A DNA stretch of 64,000 nt. It comes from Desulfatiglandales bacterium. Lineage in GTDB: Bacteria > Desulfobacterota > DSM-4660 > Desulfatiglandales > Desulfatiglandaceae. Below the pieces are notes generated by a model. The model searched no databases. It was not told the DNA's origin and was given only the letters and a program-made list of their open reading frames with translations. Location of the stretch: positions 4,000,001 to 4,064,000 of the forward strand of contig OY759599.1 of assembly GCA_963662465.1 (NCBI GenBank), read 5' to 3'. This document shows positions 10,003-19,949 of the stretch, in pieces; within the stretch, counting starts at the first letter, position 1; every line of letters starts with the position of its first letter. The position numbers and the translations under genes are program-made.

Positions 10003-10620
10003 TCACGAATCCAGAGATTCTACCGCAACACCATCAAAAATCTCCCGGTACGCCACGGTAAGAATACACACCTGAATGGGCAACGTAAAAACAACGCCAA
10101 TGCCGCAGGCCACCGCCCCAATGCCGCCGATCAGGTTCGATACAATGGAGAAGCCCAGAAAAGGCCAGAAATTGCGTTTCACCATATTGAAGCTTGCAAC
10201 GGAGGCCGGCCAGAATTCCATTTTTTTATCCACAATGAGAAACATGCCGAACATCAGCAACGCATGGGCCACAAAGACAACGAAAAGGGACGCCAGTTGA
10301 CCGAGGCAGGGAACGAGACCCAGGATAAGGCTCACCACAAAGATGGCAACCCCCCAAACAACAAAAAAAAGAAAACTGTTCAGAAAAAAATCAAACCCCC
10401 TCAAAAGGTTTCCCACCTCGGGCTGAGGTTCTTTTCGGTCGTGCAATTGAAATACAATGAGAAGGATACCCGCCGCCATGGGGCCGGCGAGGACCCCGAC
10501 AGTGATGCTGCCGACAATTACGGCAATCAGGGAAGCCAGTACAAGAATACCGAAATTTTCCTTGTAAAGGTTGAAACCCCGCTCAATCCACTCTCCAAAT
10601 TTGACATCTATTTTATCCAT
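10003..10620 (-). CDS. Integral membrane protein, unknown function
   Basis: Multi-TM protein; GGAGG RBS before ATG 10620 (MDKIDVK). Confidence 0.7.
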   Translation of the reverse strand: MDKIDVKFGEWIERGFNLYKENFGILVLASLIAVIVGSITVGVLAGPMAAGILLIVFQLHDRKEPQPEVGNLLRGFDFFLNSFLFFVVWGVAIFVVSLILGLVPCLGQLASLFVVFVAHALLMFGMFLIVDKKMEFWPASVASFNMVKRNFWPFLGFSIVSNLIGGIGAVACGIGVVFTLPIQVCILTVAYREIFDGVAVESLDS

Positions 10621-10680
10621 GTGCCTCCTCCAACAATAATAGTTAAATTTACCCTGTCTCACACCATTTTAACGGCGCAT

Positions 10681-11184
10681 TTATGGATTGCCGTTTAAAA
10701 CAACCCAGAGTTTTGTTCCTATATGCAAAACTGTTTTCGAATTTATTTTGTTCAGGCGACACAATTGATCAACGCTCATGTTGTGCTGCTGCGCAATGCG
10801 GAACAGGCTGTCCCCACGTTTAACAACATAAGCCTGTTTTCCCTTTTTATTTTTATCGAGCCGCACCACCTTTTTGTTTTTATCAGGCCGCGCCGCTTTG
10901 GCTGGGGGCGCAACAGTCTTCTTTGGAACAACCGGGGCAAGACGCGCTGTAATCGCCCGCTCCCAGGCATCCATGGATTGCTGGAGTTTTCGAAGTTCAA
11001 CCTCCAGGAAAGCCGTCTTTTTCGAGGATTTTTCAATGTTTGCCAGCCTGTCTTCTATTTTCTCAAGCCTTGATTTGATCGAACTGACGTCCTTGGATAC
11101 TTTTTTATCGGAGCATCCAAATAGACAACTACCCAAAAACACCACAAAAAGGGCGCCGTAAAACATGCCAAGGCATTTTTTCAT
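10681..11184 (-). CDS. LysM-domain lipoprotein
   Basis: Lipobox LFGC, coiled-coil, C-terminal YVVKRGDSLFRIAQQHNMSVDQLCRLNKI...LHIGTKL. Confidence 0.88.
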   Translation of the reverse strand: MKKCLGMFYGALFVVFLGSCLFGCSDKKVSKDVSSIKSRLEKIEDRLANIEKSSKKTAFLEVELRKLQQSMDAWERAITARLAPVVPKKTVAPPAKAARPDKNKKVVRLDKNKKGKQAYVVKRGDSLFRIAQQHNMSVDQLCRLNKINSKTVLHIGTKLWVVLNGNP

Positions 11185-11343
11185 TTAACATTCCTTTCTT
11201 TGCGAATTTTCTTTGTGAGAGATTAAACATTTTCAAAGCTTCAGGTCAATCCATTTTTTACATAGAACACATGCATCGTGCCCCTACTTGAATTTCACGG
11301 TAAGGGATGATACAAAAGCAAAAATACAATAATAGGATCAGCG

Positions 11344-12375
11344 ATGTGGAATTCACTTTTATCATTATTTACGCATACGGGAATCAAAAATCTTCGATTC
11401 CTTCAACACATCCGCCAACCGGTAGTCGTGATGTTTTTGCTCATTTTAATGCTGTCATTAATATTCTTCAATGAGCATTGCAGCGCGAAACAAAGCAGTC
11501 CCCTCCCCCCCGAACCGATTCCCTCCAAACAGCTGCAACAGACGCTGGATCAGGTCGTGGCCATGAACCTCAAGGAGCAACCCGGCCTCGCACCCAACCA
11601 AGTGCATTTGGCACTCATTGACATGTCAAAGCCCGGACGACCCCGACTGGCCCAATATAACGGTCGTAAACCCGTTTACCCCTCAAGCGTCATCAAAATG
11701 ATTTATATGGGGTATGTTTACCACCTGGCCAGGGAAGGCACTCTCAACATCACCCCCCAGGTTCATCAAAAACTCTATCAGATGATACACCCTTCCAGCA
11801 ACACAGCCACAGCCTGGATTGTTGATTTATGGAGCCGAACATCAGGAGAAGAAATCCGGTCGCCTGAAGCCTATGAAGCATTTTCATTTAAGCGAAATGC
11901 CTGTAATCGCTGGCTGCGCTCCCTGGAAATTGACCCCATCAACGCCTGTCAGAAAACATGGGGTTCGCCCATACCGCCCGGTGAAAAGCAGTTTTTGAGA
12001 AATGGGAAATCCCCGGGCCACCCCTGGATCAATCGGAATTCCATGACGGCGGTTGCCGCCGCCAGGTTTCTTCAGATCCTGGCCCGAAATGCACTGGTGG
12101 ACCCTGAAAGCTGCAACGAAATGCGGAAACTAATGGTCAGAGACGTTAAAAATCAGTCCTACCAACAAATGAGAATCGCGGGAGGAATACCAGGAGGAGC
12201 AACGGTTTTTTCAAAAACCGGCACCACCGCCGACACATTCCATGATGCCGGCATTGTGACACTGCCCGATGGTCGAAAATTCGTTTTAACGGTTTTCATT
12301 ACAGGAAAATACAGAGGCGCCTTTATTCGGGATGTATCACGGGATGTATGCACCTATTTCATGAAAAAGAAATGA
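11344..12375 (+). CDS. Serine hydrolase, class A beta-lactamase-related (exported)
   Basis: SxxK (PSSVIK), SxN (SSN), KTG and HDAGIV motifs; hydrophobic N-terminus. True start may lie downstream. Confidence 0.8.
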   Translation: MWNSLLSLFTHTGIKNLRFLQHIRQPVVVMFLLILMLSLIFFNEHCSAKQSSPLPPEPIPSKQLQQTLDQVVAMNLKEQPGLAPNQVHLALIDMSKPGRPRLAQYNGRKPVYPSSVIKMIYMGYVYHLAREGTLNITPQVHQKLYQMIHPSSNTATAWIVDLWSRTSGEEIRSPEAYEAFSFKRNACNRWLRSLEIDPINACQKTWGSPIPPGEKQFLRNGKSPGHPWINRNSMTAVAAARFLQILARNALVDPESCNEMRKLMVRDVKNQSYQQMRIAGGIPGGATVFSKTGTTADTFHDAGIVTLPDGRKFVLTVFITGKYRGAFIRDVSRDVCTYFMKKK

Positions 12376-12382
12376 ACGTCCG

Positions 12383-13477
12383 TTAAAGGGTGTACCCATC
12401 CTCCTCAAAAAGCGCCACACAAGCATCCACCACCCGTACATCAAAAGTTGTTCCGCGTCCGGCCTTGATTTCCGCCAACGCTTTTTCAATACCCAGTGCC
12501 GGTCGATACGGTCTGTGGGAGGACATGCTCTCCACCACATCCGCAACCGCCAAAATCCTTGATTCCAACAAAATTTCGTCCCCTTTAAGGCCAAAGGGAT
12601 AGCCTGAACCGTCCAGACGTTCGTGATGCTGAAGCTCAATCTGGGCCACGGGCCATGGAAAATCAATGGTTTTCAAGATATCATAACCCACCTGGGGGTG
12701 AGACTTAATCAATTCAAATTCATTAGCCCTTATTTTCCCCGGTTTATTTAGTATTTCAAAAGGAACATAGATCTTCCCCAGGTCATGGATGGAACCCGCC
12801 ATGCGAATACCATCCACCTGATCCGGGGGAAGACCCATTTTTTGGGCGATGGCCCGTGAAAGATCGGCCACCCGACGCTGGTGCCCAGCCGTGTAGGGGT
12901 CCCGGGCTTCCGCCGTCAAAGCCAAGGCTTGAATGGTTGCCTCCAGGGATTTTCGCAGTTGGGTCAAGGTTTTTTTCAGTTCTTCCTCGTTACTTCTCAA
13001 CTGCCGGGTTCTCTCCTGAACCCTTTTTTCCAGACCCTGGTTCAGGTCGATCAATTCCCGGTTCTGTTCTTCCGTCAATCGCGTCAACTCCCGGTGTTCG
13101 TCGACAAGACGGTACTGGCCAATGGCATCCTTCACAGTCTGCTTCAGCTCACGGATTTCCCAGGGTTTGGTGACAAAACGGAAAACGGCGCCTTGATTAA
13201 TCGCCTTGATAACGGTCTCTGTTTCAGCATAACCGGTCATGAGAATACGCACGGTATCCGGCCATCTCTCGCGCACCTCTCCAAGAAAGGCGGTCCCATC
13301 CATTTCCGGCATCATCTGGTCCGACACCACCACGCAAAAAGGATTTTTTTCCATCTCCTTGATCGCTTTTGAAGGCGTGTCAAAGGTAAATACTTCATAG
13401 GGTTCCCGCTCGAAAATCCGGCTCAGGGTCCCCAGAACAAGCTCCTCGTCGTCAACAAAAGCAATCCGTTCAGGCAC
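12383..13477 (-). CDS. Response regulator with HD-GYP c-di-GMP phosphodiesterase domain
   Basis: REC domain (FVDDE, SDQMMP), HDLGK, HHERLDGSGYP, RILAVADV. Confidence 0.93.
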   Translation of the reverse strand: MPERIAFVDDEELVLGTLSRIFEREPYEVFTFDTPSKAIKEMEKNPFCVVVSDQMMPEMDGTAFLGEVRERWPDTVRILMTGYAETETVIKAINQGAVFRFVTKPWEIRELKQTVKDAIGQYRLVDEHRELTRLTEEQNRELIDLNQGLEKRVQERTRQLRSNEEELKKTLTQLRKSLEATIQALALTAEARDPYTAGHQRRVADLSRAIAQKMGLPPDQVDGIRMAGSIHDLGKIYVPFEILNKPGKIRANEFELIKSHPQVGYDILKTIDFPWPVAQIELQHHERLDGSGYPFGLKGDEILLESRILAVADVVESMSSHRPYRPALGIEKALAEIKAGRGTTFDVRVVDACVALFEEDGYTL

Positions 13478-13691
13478 GTTTTACCTCTCTGGCATCAGCT
13501 ATCCGGCAAAATCTCAATTTGAAATTCCGGCTTCAATATAGTCATGAAACCCACTGGTACAAACAAAACACAAAGACTTAGTATAAGAAAGTTAAGATTG
13601 TTCGTCAAGGTAACATTGGAAAGCGCATTAGAGAAGAAAATGAATGAAGAGAGTCAATAATAAATCGAAACCGGTGAGGCGGCAACGTGAG

Positions 13692-14051
13692 TTAGCTCCT
13701 TGGATATGAAACGCACAGTTCTATTGCGGCTTGATTGAGACGTCGATCAAAAGTCCAAAGAACAACATTGTCGATAATTGCGGAAGCTAATAGATGGATA
13801 TCTACGTATCCAAGGCCACGCCCCATTAGTGAATTATTTTCGATAAATTCCAAAACTTCTATAGTCTCAACAATAGGTGTTGAGGGAAGTGCCTGGAGAA
13901 GCATTAAAATTTCCGTGCCTAAGTTACCACAGGCTAATTCTCCGATAATAAACGGATGGCAAGCAACAAAGCCAATATTCAAATGAGAAATGAGTTCAGC
14001 ATCAGATTCTCTAAAATGATTGATCCAAACATTTGTGTCGGCAAGAATCAT
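13692..14051 (-). CDS. vapC: VapC PIN-domain toxin
   Basis: MILADTNVWINHF...HPFIIGELACG...GYVDIHLLASA...LWTFDRRL; start set at ATG 14051. Confidence 0.88.
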   Translation of the reverse strand: MILADTNVWINHFRESDAELISHLNIGFVACHPFIIGELACGNLGTEILMLLQALPSTPIVETIEVLEFIENNSLMGRGLGYVDIHLLASAIIDNVVLWTFDRRLNQAAIELCVSYPRS

Positions 14052-14052
14052 T

Positions 14053-14247
14053 TTATAGCTCCGATCTCCGGCGACTTGGCATCCGGATTTTTTTCTCGCT
14101 TCCCCCAAGTGCAGCCAAACGCTTACTACTCTCCAGAGTAATCAGGGCTTCAAGTCCCTTGCGGACAAGCGCTGTTTTTTCATTTATTCCTGTGAGTTTT
14201 GCGGCTCTTTCGACAAGAGCGTTTTCAATATTTAACGTTGTTCTCAT
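14053..14247 (-). CDS. vapB: VapB antitoxin
   Basis: MRTTLNIENALVERAAKLTGINEKTALVRKGLEALI...LAALGGSE; directly upstream of vapC. Confidence 0.88.
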   Translation of the reverse strand: MRTTLNIENALVERAAKLTGINEKTALVRKGLEALITLESSKRLAALGGSEKKIRMPSRRRSEL

Positions 14248-14805
14248 TTCTGTACTCCTCCCCTCTTATTTATGTATCAATTATGCATATCAATATGTAC
14301 TATAAGTATGTATTTTGCAAGATATTTTAACCTAAACTGATCGATTTTCAGGGTTAAATATAATTCTAACGTATCATCTCAATAAAAGGGACTTCCGTGA
14401 TCCCTGGAAAATATTTCTCACTTTGCCTTCCTGTCAGCATACTTCATGTCAGAAGGATGGCCGAGAGAAGGAATTATACGATATTGAGTGATTACGGTTT
14501 CTTATGATAGATACGGAAATGATATTGATAAAATTTCACACTTTTCATGGTACACTTGGTCCGTGCAATTTATATGAAGTCTCTAAAACATACCCCCCGG
14601 GTTATAGATTCGGCGAAAATCCAATTTAGAGGCGGAAATGGCAAAAAAACGATTGATCCTGCTGCTCAGTTTGACACCGCAAAGGATTCGAAGAAATTGC
14701 TGCACTGTGATCACTTTGATATGGTATGCCCATTCATGAATAGGAACATATTGTTGTAAATCAATAGGCTGTTAACAAATAGGTTAGGAGGAAACTAGCA
14801 AGCGC

Positions 14806-15027
14806 CTACCCCCCAAAATCCGGATGAATAAACTCCAGAATGTCTCCAGCTTCAGGAAAAGTAGTATCATAATCCTGGGGATAAACGAACCGTCCATTCC
14901 GCTCCACCATCATGGCAGACTCCATTTCGTCATATTCCAGAATTAATTGGGTAATGGAGAATCCTTGGGTGACTTTTTCTTTAAAACCATTAAGGGTCAC
15001 TTCAATTTCTTCGGCGTCTTTATTCAT
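14806..15027 (-). CDS. ThiS/MoaD-like sulfur carrier protein
   Basis: 73 aa from ATG 15027; VERNGRFV...GDILEFIHPDFGG with C-terminal Gly-Gly. Confidence 0.85.
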   Translation of the reverse strand: MNKDAEEIEVTLNGFKEKVTQGFSITQLILEYDEMESAMMVERNGRFVYPQDYDTTFPEAGDILEFIHPDFGG

Positions 15028-15043
15028 GAGAGAATTCTCCTTA

Positions 15044-15829
15044 TCATAAATCGGCGCCGCACACACGGCATCGGGAATTCCTTCCCATTTCAATCATTTT
15101 AAAATTCATGGCAGCGCCATCCACATATAACATTCGGCCCGCGAGCAAACCGTCAGGCACTCCCACCAGAAAGTTAATGGCCGCCAGGGCCTGAAGGGAC
15201 CCAATGATCCCCGTCAATGGACCCAAAACCCCCGGTGGGCCCTTATCGGGCGTCCCATCAGGGAAAAGACATTCAAAACAAGGGGTTTTGCCGGGAATGA
15301 ATGTAGTGGCCATGCCCGTCAATCCATCTACACCGCCAAAAAAGAAGGGAATCCCGTTCTTTAAGGAAACACGATTTAAAATCTTTCGTGTCTCTAAATT
15401 ATCGGTTCCATCCACAATCAAATGGGCGTCTCCAACCAGCATTTCCCCGTTATCCTCGCTGATCGCCTCATGGAGCGCTTCAATCCGGCAATGGGGGTTA
15501 AGGCTTTGAAGCTTTCGCTTCGCGGATTCTGCCTTTTTTTCACCAATATCTTCTGTAAAGTGCAGCAACTGCCGGTTCAGGTTTCCCAGTTCCACCCGGT
15601 CCTTGTCCACCAGCCGCAAGCGGCCTATGCCGGCTGCCGCCAGATAGTAAGCCGACACGGAACCCAGGCCTCCCACACCCGCTAGAAAAACCTTGGCCTT
15701 TCGCAGTTTAAGCTGACCTTCCTCGCCGATTTCGGGGAGAATTATTTGTCGGTGATAGCGAAGGGCTTCTTCCGGCGACAAGGGACTTGACATTTTTTCT
15801 CCGCTGTTAGCGGCTGGATTCTTACACAT
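15044..15829 (-). CDS. HesA/MoeB/ThiF-family adenylyltransferase
   Basis: RYHRQI, GVGGLGS, NLNRQ, DGTDN, PCFECLFP and C-terminal CRVC zinc motifs. Start may be 15793. Confidence 0.92.
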   Translation of the reverse strand: MCKNPAANSGEKMSSPLSPEEALRYHRQIILPEIGEEGQLKLRKAKVFLAGVGGLGSVSAYYLAAAGIGRLRLVDKDRVELGNLNRQLLHFTEDIGEKKAESAKRKLQSLNPHCRIEALHEAISEDNGEMLVGDAHLIVDGTDNLETRKILNRVSLKNGIPFFFGGVDGLTGMATTFIPGKTPCFECLFPDGTPDKGPPGVLGPLTGIIGSLQALAAINFLVGVPDGLLAGRMLYVDGAAMNFKMIEMGRNSRCRVCGADL

Positions 15830-15887
15830 TCACTCTGAGAGTTCATCTCTCACATTCATAACGTATTGCATTAAATAGTATTTTTTT

Positions 15888-15985
15888 GAACCGCAGAATA
15901 TCGAACAAGGAATAATGAATGTCGATGTAAAAACTTCTTAATTCGACATTCCTTTTCGACATTCGATCTTCGTTTTTTCAAATTT
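15888..15985. repeat. Degenerate palindromic intergenic element
   Basis: GAATATCGAACAAGGAAT...GAATGTCGA pairs imperfectly with TCGACATTCCTTTTCGACATTC. Confidence 0.5.
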
Positions 15986-16031
15986 CAAATATCCTTGACT
16001 AGGTCTCAGTCATTATGCAAATCAGGAAATA

Positions 16032-16058
16032 CCCCGGAAAAAAGTGAACTTTCCGGGG
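16032..16058 (-). terminator. Probable intrinsic terminator after the molybdoenzyme operon
   Basis: CCCCGGAAA / TTTCCGGGG stem about 20 nt after the stop at 16080, followed by TATTT on the minus strand. Confidence 0.55.
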
Positions 16059-16079
16059 CTGACAACAGAAACAATACTG

Positions 16080-18440
16080 CTATTTTTCCTTTTCTTCCTT
16101 TGCCTGAATGGCCTTGAACACCCGCTCGGGCGTCAGGGGCAACTCCTGAATCCTTACGCCGGTCGCATCGTAGAGCGCATTCAGAATAGCGGGAATGGTG
16201 GGCATAATGGCCCCTTCCCCCACCTCCTTGGCCCCAAAGGGACCATTGGGTTCATTGCTTTCCACAATGATGGCATTCACATTGGGCATATCCAGGGCCG
16301 TGGCAATCTTGTATTCACCCAGATTTGCATTCAGGATTTTGCCCTTATCATCGAATTTCACTTCCTCAAACATGGCCTCGCCCAATCCCATGGAAAGCGA
16401 CCCCTGCATCTGGGCTTCCACGGAGGTACGGTTGATGGCGAAACCACAGTCGTGGGCATCGGTCATACGATCGATGGTAATCTTCCCCGTGCCCTTGTCC
16501 ACGGTGACTTCCACCACCTGAGCGGAGGGTCCATAGGCCGGAGAAGTGCCCACCGCGGCGCCCTTGAACTTACCCCCCAGCTCCCCGGGTTTATAACTGC
16601 CGGTCCCTACCATGGACCCCCGTGTCAAATAAGCGATCCGGGCAGCCTCCTTGAAGGTGAGCGGTTCATCCGAACCCGGATTATCAAAAAAGCCCCGATG
16701 CTCCTTGGCATAAAGGGTTCGAATGCCGCTGAAATCAGGGGTTTCACCCTTAAACACGATGAATCCGTTTTTGATGTCCATCTGATCCACCGGCACTTTC
16801 AGCTTTTCACCCAGCACGTTCAGCACCTGGGACTTTAAATCCTCAGCGGCGCTCTTGGTGGCATGCCCCGTCATGAGGGTCTGACGGCTGGAATAGGCGC
16901 CCAGGTCCACGCTATAGTCCGTATCCCCGGAAGAAACCTTAATGTGATCCAGCGGCACCCCCAGGGCCTCGGCGGCAATCATGCCCATGGTGGTATCGCT
17001 TCCCTGGCCGATTTCAGCGCTTCCGGTCAAAACATGGGCCGTTCCCCCGTCCTCGTTCAACTTAATCACCACGGTGGAATGGGCTGTTTCCGATCGGTAA
17101 ATGGGATACCCCGCGCCTGAAACAAAGAAGCCCGTGGCAATGCCGATCCCTTTTCCCTCGGGCATTTTTCCCTTTTTCTCATTCCATTTGGACCCGTCTT
17201 TTACGGCTTGGATACATTCTTTCATGCCGAAACTGCTGGTATTGAAGTCGTTACAGGTAATATCGCCCGCTTCCATGGAGTTTTTCATTCTGATCTCCAC
17301 GGGGTCCATGCCCAACTCTTCGGCAATGAAATCAAGCTGCTGTTCCCAGGCAGCACGTGCCACGACCCCGCCATGGCCGCGCTGGGCCCCGCAGGCAGGC
17401 CGGTTGGTGAAATATCGATAGCCGTCATACTTCATATTGGGCAGCCGGTAGGGCGCCCCCAGAAGGGAACCCGCATAGTAAACGGTAGCAATCCCGAAAC
17501 TGCTATAAGCGCCCCCTTCCAGGGAACATTCGTTGGTCAAAGCCATGAGGGTGCCGTCTTTTTTGACGCCGGTGGTCAACGTATGCTTGAACTGATGCCT
17601 GGCCCTGGAAAACAGAAAGACCTGTTCGCGAGTAAAATTCATTTTCACCGGTTTGCCGGTCTTCATGGAAAGGAGGCACGATGCCAGTTCCATGGAATTG
17701 GTGCCGGCCTTGGGTCCGAAACCGCCGCCCACATAGGGCTTTTTCACCCGAACCTTGCCCACCGGAATGCCCAGCACCATCGCCACAATCCGCATGATAT
17801 AGTGGGGGACCTGGGTGGATGAATGGAGGGTTAAATACCCGTTGTAGTCAAAATCCGCCACCACGCCATTGGGCTCCAGGAAAGCGCCGTCCTGTCTTTT
17901 GTTCAAAAAGGTATCGGTTCGAATGAGGTCGCACTGAGCAAAGCCTTCCGCCACATTTCCGAATTCCTGATGGACTTCCGCACAGAGATTTCCGGGATAC
18001 TTATCATGGAGTTGCGGCGCGCCTTCCTTCATGGCGTCTTCCACCGTAAACACCGCCGGCAGTTCCTCATATTCCACGTCGATCAAAGACACGGCTTCAA
18101 GCGCCGTTTCCATATCCACCGCGGCAACGGCTGCAATTTCATCGCCGATATATCGCGCCCGGTCCTTTACAAAGAGTGTTTCGTCGTATCGTGCGGGACT
18201 GACGCCATAGGGCGTCATGCCCGCATCTTCAGCGGTCACCACTGATTTCACCCCGGGAAGTTTCCGGGCTTTGGAAGTGTCGATATTGCGGATCCCGGCG
18301 TGGGCCAGGGGGCTCTGCAACAAAGCGCCGTAGAGCATCCCGGGCAGTTTTATGTCATCCACATACATGGCGCGCCCAGTGGCCTTGGCAGGGGCATCCA
18401 GCCGGGGCGCACGTCCATTGATTACATGATATTCGGTCAT
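16080..18440 (-). CDS. hcrA: Xanthine-oxidase-family molybdopterin subunit, 4-hydroxybenzoyl-CoA reductase alpha-like
   Basis: STQVPHY, GGGFG, GAQRGHG (RGHG as in HCR, not the RGFG of xanthine dehydrogenases), EIGQGS, GAYSSR, GAKEVGEG; context of UbiD/UbiX/CoA ligase. Confidence 0.75.
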   Translation of the reverse strand: MTEYHVINGRAPRLDAPAKATGRAMYVDDIKLPGMLYGALLQSPLAHAGIRNIDTSKARKLPGVKSVVTAEDAGMTPYGVSPARYDETLFVKDRARYIGDEIAAVAAVDMETALEAVSLIDVEYEELPAVFTVEDAMKEGAPQLHDKYPGNLCAEVHQEFGNVAEGFAQCDLIRTDTFLNKRQDGAFLEPNGVVADFDYNGYLTLHSSTQVPHYIMRIVAMVLGIPVGKVRVKKPYVGGGFGPKAGTNSMELASCLLSMKTGKPVKMNFTREQVFLFSRARHQFKHTLTTGVKKDGTLMALTNECSLEGGAYSSFGIATVYYAGSLLGAPYRLPNMKYDGYRYFTNRPACGAQRGHGGVVARAAWEQQLDFIAEELGMDPVEIRMKNSMEAGDITCNDFNTSSFGMKECIQAVKDGSKWNEKKGKMPEGKGIGIATGFFVSGAGYPIYRSETAHSTVVIKLNEDGGTAHVLTGSAEIGQGSDTTMGMIAAEALGVPLDHIKVSSGDTDYSVDLGAYSSRQTLMTGHATKSAAEDLKSQVLNVLGEKLKVPVDQMDIKNGFIVFKGETPDFSGIRTLYAKEHRGFFDNPGSDEPLTFKEAARIAYLTRGSMVGTGSYKPGELGGKFKGAAVGTSPAYGPSAQVVEVTVDKGTGKITIDRMTDAHDCGFAINRTSVEAQMQGSLSMGLGEAMFEEVKFDDKGKILNANLGEYKIATALDMPNVNAIIVESNEPNGPFGAKEVGEGAIMPTIPAILNALYDATGVRIQELPLTPERVFKAIQAKEEKEK

Positions 18441-18443
18441 TGT

Positions 18444-18914
18444 TTATCTCCCTTCACTCACGTCCTTGATGGATTCCACAATCTTCTGATATCCGGTACA
18501 TCTGCAGAGATTCCCGGATATGGCCGTCCGGATCTCCAGTTCATCAGGTTTGGCATTTTTATCCAGAAGGCTTTTGGCGGAGAGCAGCATACCAGACGTA
18601 CAAAATCCGCACTGAATAGCGCCGTTTTCAATGAATTTTGCCTGCAAGGGGTGCAGACCGTCCTCCGTCTCCAGACCCTCCACCGTGGTAATCTCCTTGC
18701 CCGAAGCCTGAACAGCCAGCACCAGACAGGAGTTGACGGCTTTTCCATTCATAAGTACGGTGCATGAACCGCAATCTCCCAATTCACATCCTTTTTTTGT
18801 TCCCGTCAGTAAAAGCTCTTCCCTGAGAAGGTCCGCCAAGGTCATATTAGGCGCCGCGGCCAACTCATATTCCTTGCCGTTTATGGTAAGGCAGATCATC
18901 TTTTTCATGGTCAT
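18444..18914 (-). CDS. hcrC: 2x[2Fe-2S] subunit (HcrC/CoxS-like)
   Basis: GCELGDCGSC...NSC; QCGFC...CRCTGY. Confidence 0.8.
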   Translation of the reverse strand: MTMKKMICLTINGKEYELAAAPNMTLADLLREELLLTGTKKGCELGDCGSCTVLMNGKAVNSCLVLAVQASGKEITTVEGLETEDGLHPLQAKFIENGAIQCGFCTSGMLLSAKSLLDKNAKPDELEIRTAISGNLCRCTGYQKIVESIKDVSEGR

Positions 18915-18985
18915 TCTCCCTTTTCTTTCTGCGATCGCTGTTTTTATATGCTGTCATCGCCTGAATCACTTCAAAAAGCGATCAT

Positions 18986-19864
18986 CTATGCGTTGCGCGC
19001 ACGGTCATAGGCTTTGGCTAAAGCCCTTCGGGTCAATTCCTTGACCATAGCCCGCTTGTAGTCGGCGGACGCCCTGAAATCATCGATAGGCCTGCTATCC
19101 ATGGCCGCGGCCGCTCCCGCCGCCAGAAAAAGAGCATCGGAAGGCTTTTCCCCCAGAAGGGTTTTTTCAGCGGATGGGGCCAAGAGCGGCGTAGGCCCTA
19201 CGGAGCCCATTACAACCCGCGCGGCTTTAATGGGACCATCAGCACCATCAAGGGTTATGGTAACCGCCACGTTCACCAGGGAGATCTCCAGGGCTTCCCG
19301 GATACCCAGTTTGAGATAGGCACTCCCGGAATAGGCTTCCGGTTTTGAAAGCACGATGGCTTCAAGGATCTCCGAAGACGTTATCACGGTCCGGCCCGGC
19401 GCCTGAATGAAATCCGCCAATGCCACAGTGCGTTCACCATCGCTGCTTTTTAAAACGGCCTTTGCCCCATAGGCGATCAGGGACGGCGGGAAATCCGCGG
19501 CCGGTCTTGCGGATACCAGGTTTCCACCGATGGTGGCAAGATTCCGGATCAGCGGCGAGCCCAGCTTGGACGCCCCTTCCGCCAACGCCGGGAAATCCCC
19601 TTTGACCACATCCGATTCCGCAATTTCGGACGCTTTGACGCACGCCCCGATCCGCAGGGTTCCGTTTGAAGGCCCCAGTTGGGCCAGCAATTCGACCCGA
19701 TCCAGTGATACCAAATGCTCCGGCGTCAACAGTTTCTTTTTCATGTTGACGAACAAATCAGTGCCGCCGGCAAGGGTTTTGGCCTTTTCGCCCAATTCGC
19801 CAACCATCCGGCAGGCCTCTTCGACCGTTATCGGCTCATGGAATTCAAATCTTGGTAAAAGCAT
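18986..19864 (-). CDS. hcrB: FAD-binding subunit (HcrB/CoxM-like) without the [4Fe-4S] insertion
   Basis: AGGTDL, IRNLATIGGNL, PIDDFRASADYK; GAGG RBS before ATG 19864 (MLLPRF). Confidence 0.75.
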   Translation of the reverse strand: MLLPRFEFHEPITVEEACRMVGELGEKAKTLAGGTDLFVNMKKKLLTPEHLVSLDRVELLAQLGPSNGTLRIGACVKASEIAESDVVKGDFPALAEGASKLGSPLIRNLATIGGNLVSARPAADFPPSLIAYGAKAVLKSSDGERTVALADFIQAPGRTVITSSEILEAIVLSKPEAYSGSAYLKLGIREALEISLVNVAVTITLDGADGPIKAARVVMGSVGPTPLLAPSAEKTLLGEKPSDALFLAAGAAAAMDSRPIDDFRASADYKRAMVKELTRRALAKAYDRARNA

Positions 19865-19949
19865 TTTCCCCTCCTGATTTTCTTGGGACTTCAACACGCT
19901 TGTCCCGGTTTATGTTGAAACGACCCAAGCGCCATCACACGCTTAAACC

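Noticed and set aside
11344..12375. Functional antibiotic-resistance beta-lactamase
   Set aside because: Only generic SxxK/SxN/KTG motifs; no clear class A omega-loop Glu motif, so resistance cannot be claimed.
13660..13700. TAAC...GTT after vapC (and at 62224) as integron attC sites
   Set aside because: Too short, no L-box pairing or bottom-strand hairpin discernible, and no integrase in the window.
14330..14800. AT-rich 470-bp gap with a 70-aa ORF
   Set aside because: No motif, clear RBS or structure; probably decayed sequence.
16080..19864. Aerobic CO dehydrogenase or xanthine dehydrogenase
   Set aside because: Lacks the CODH AYxCSFR loop, has RGHG rather than RGFG, and there are no purine genes nearby.
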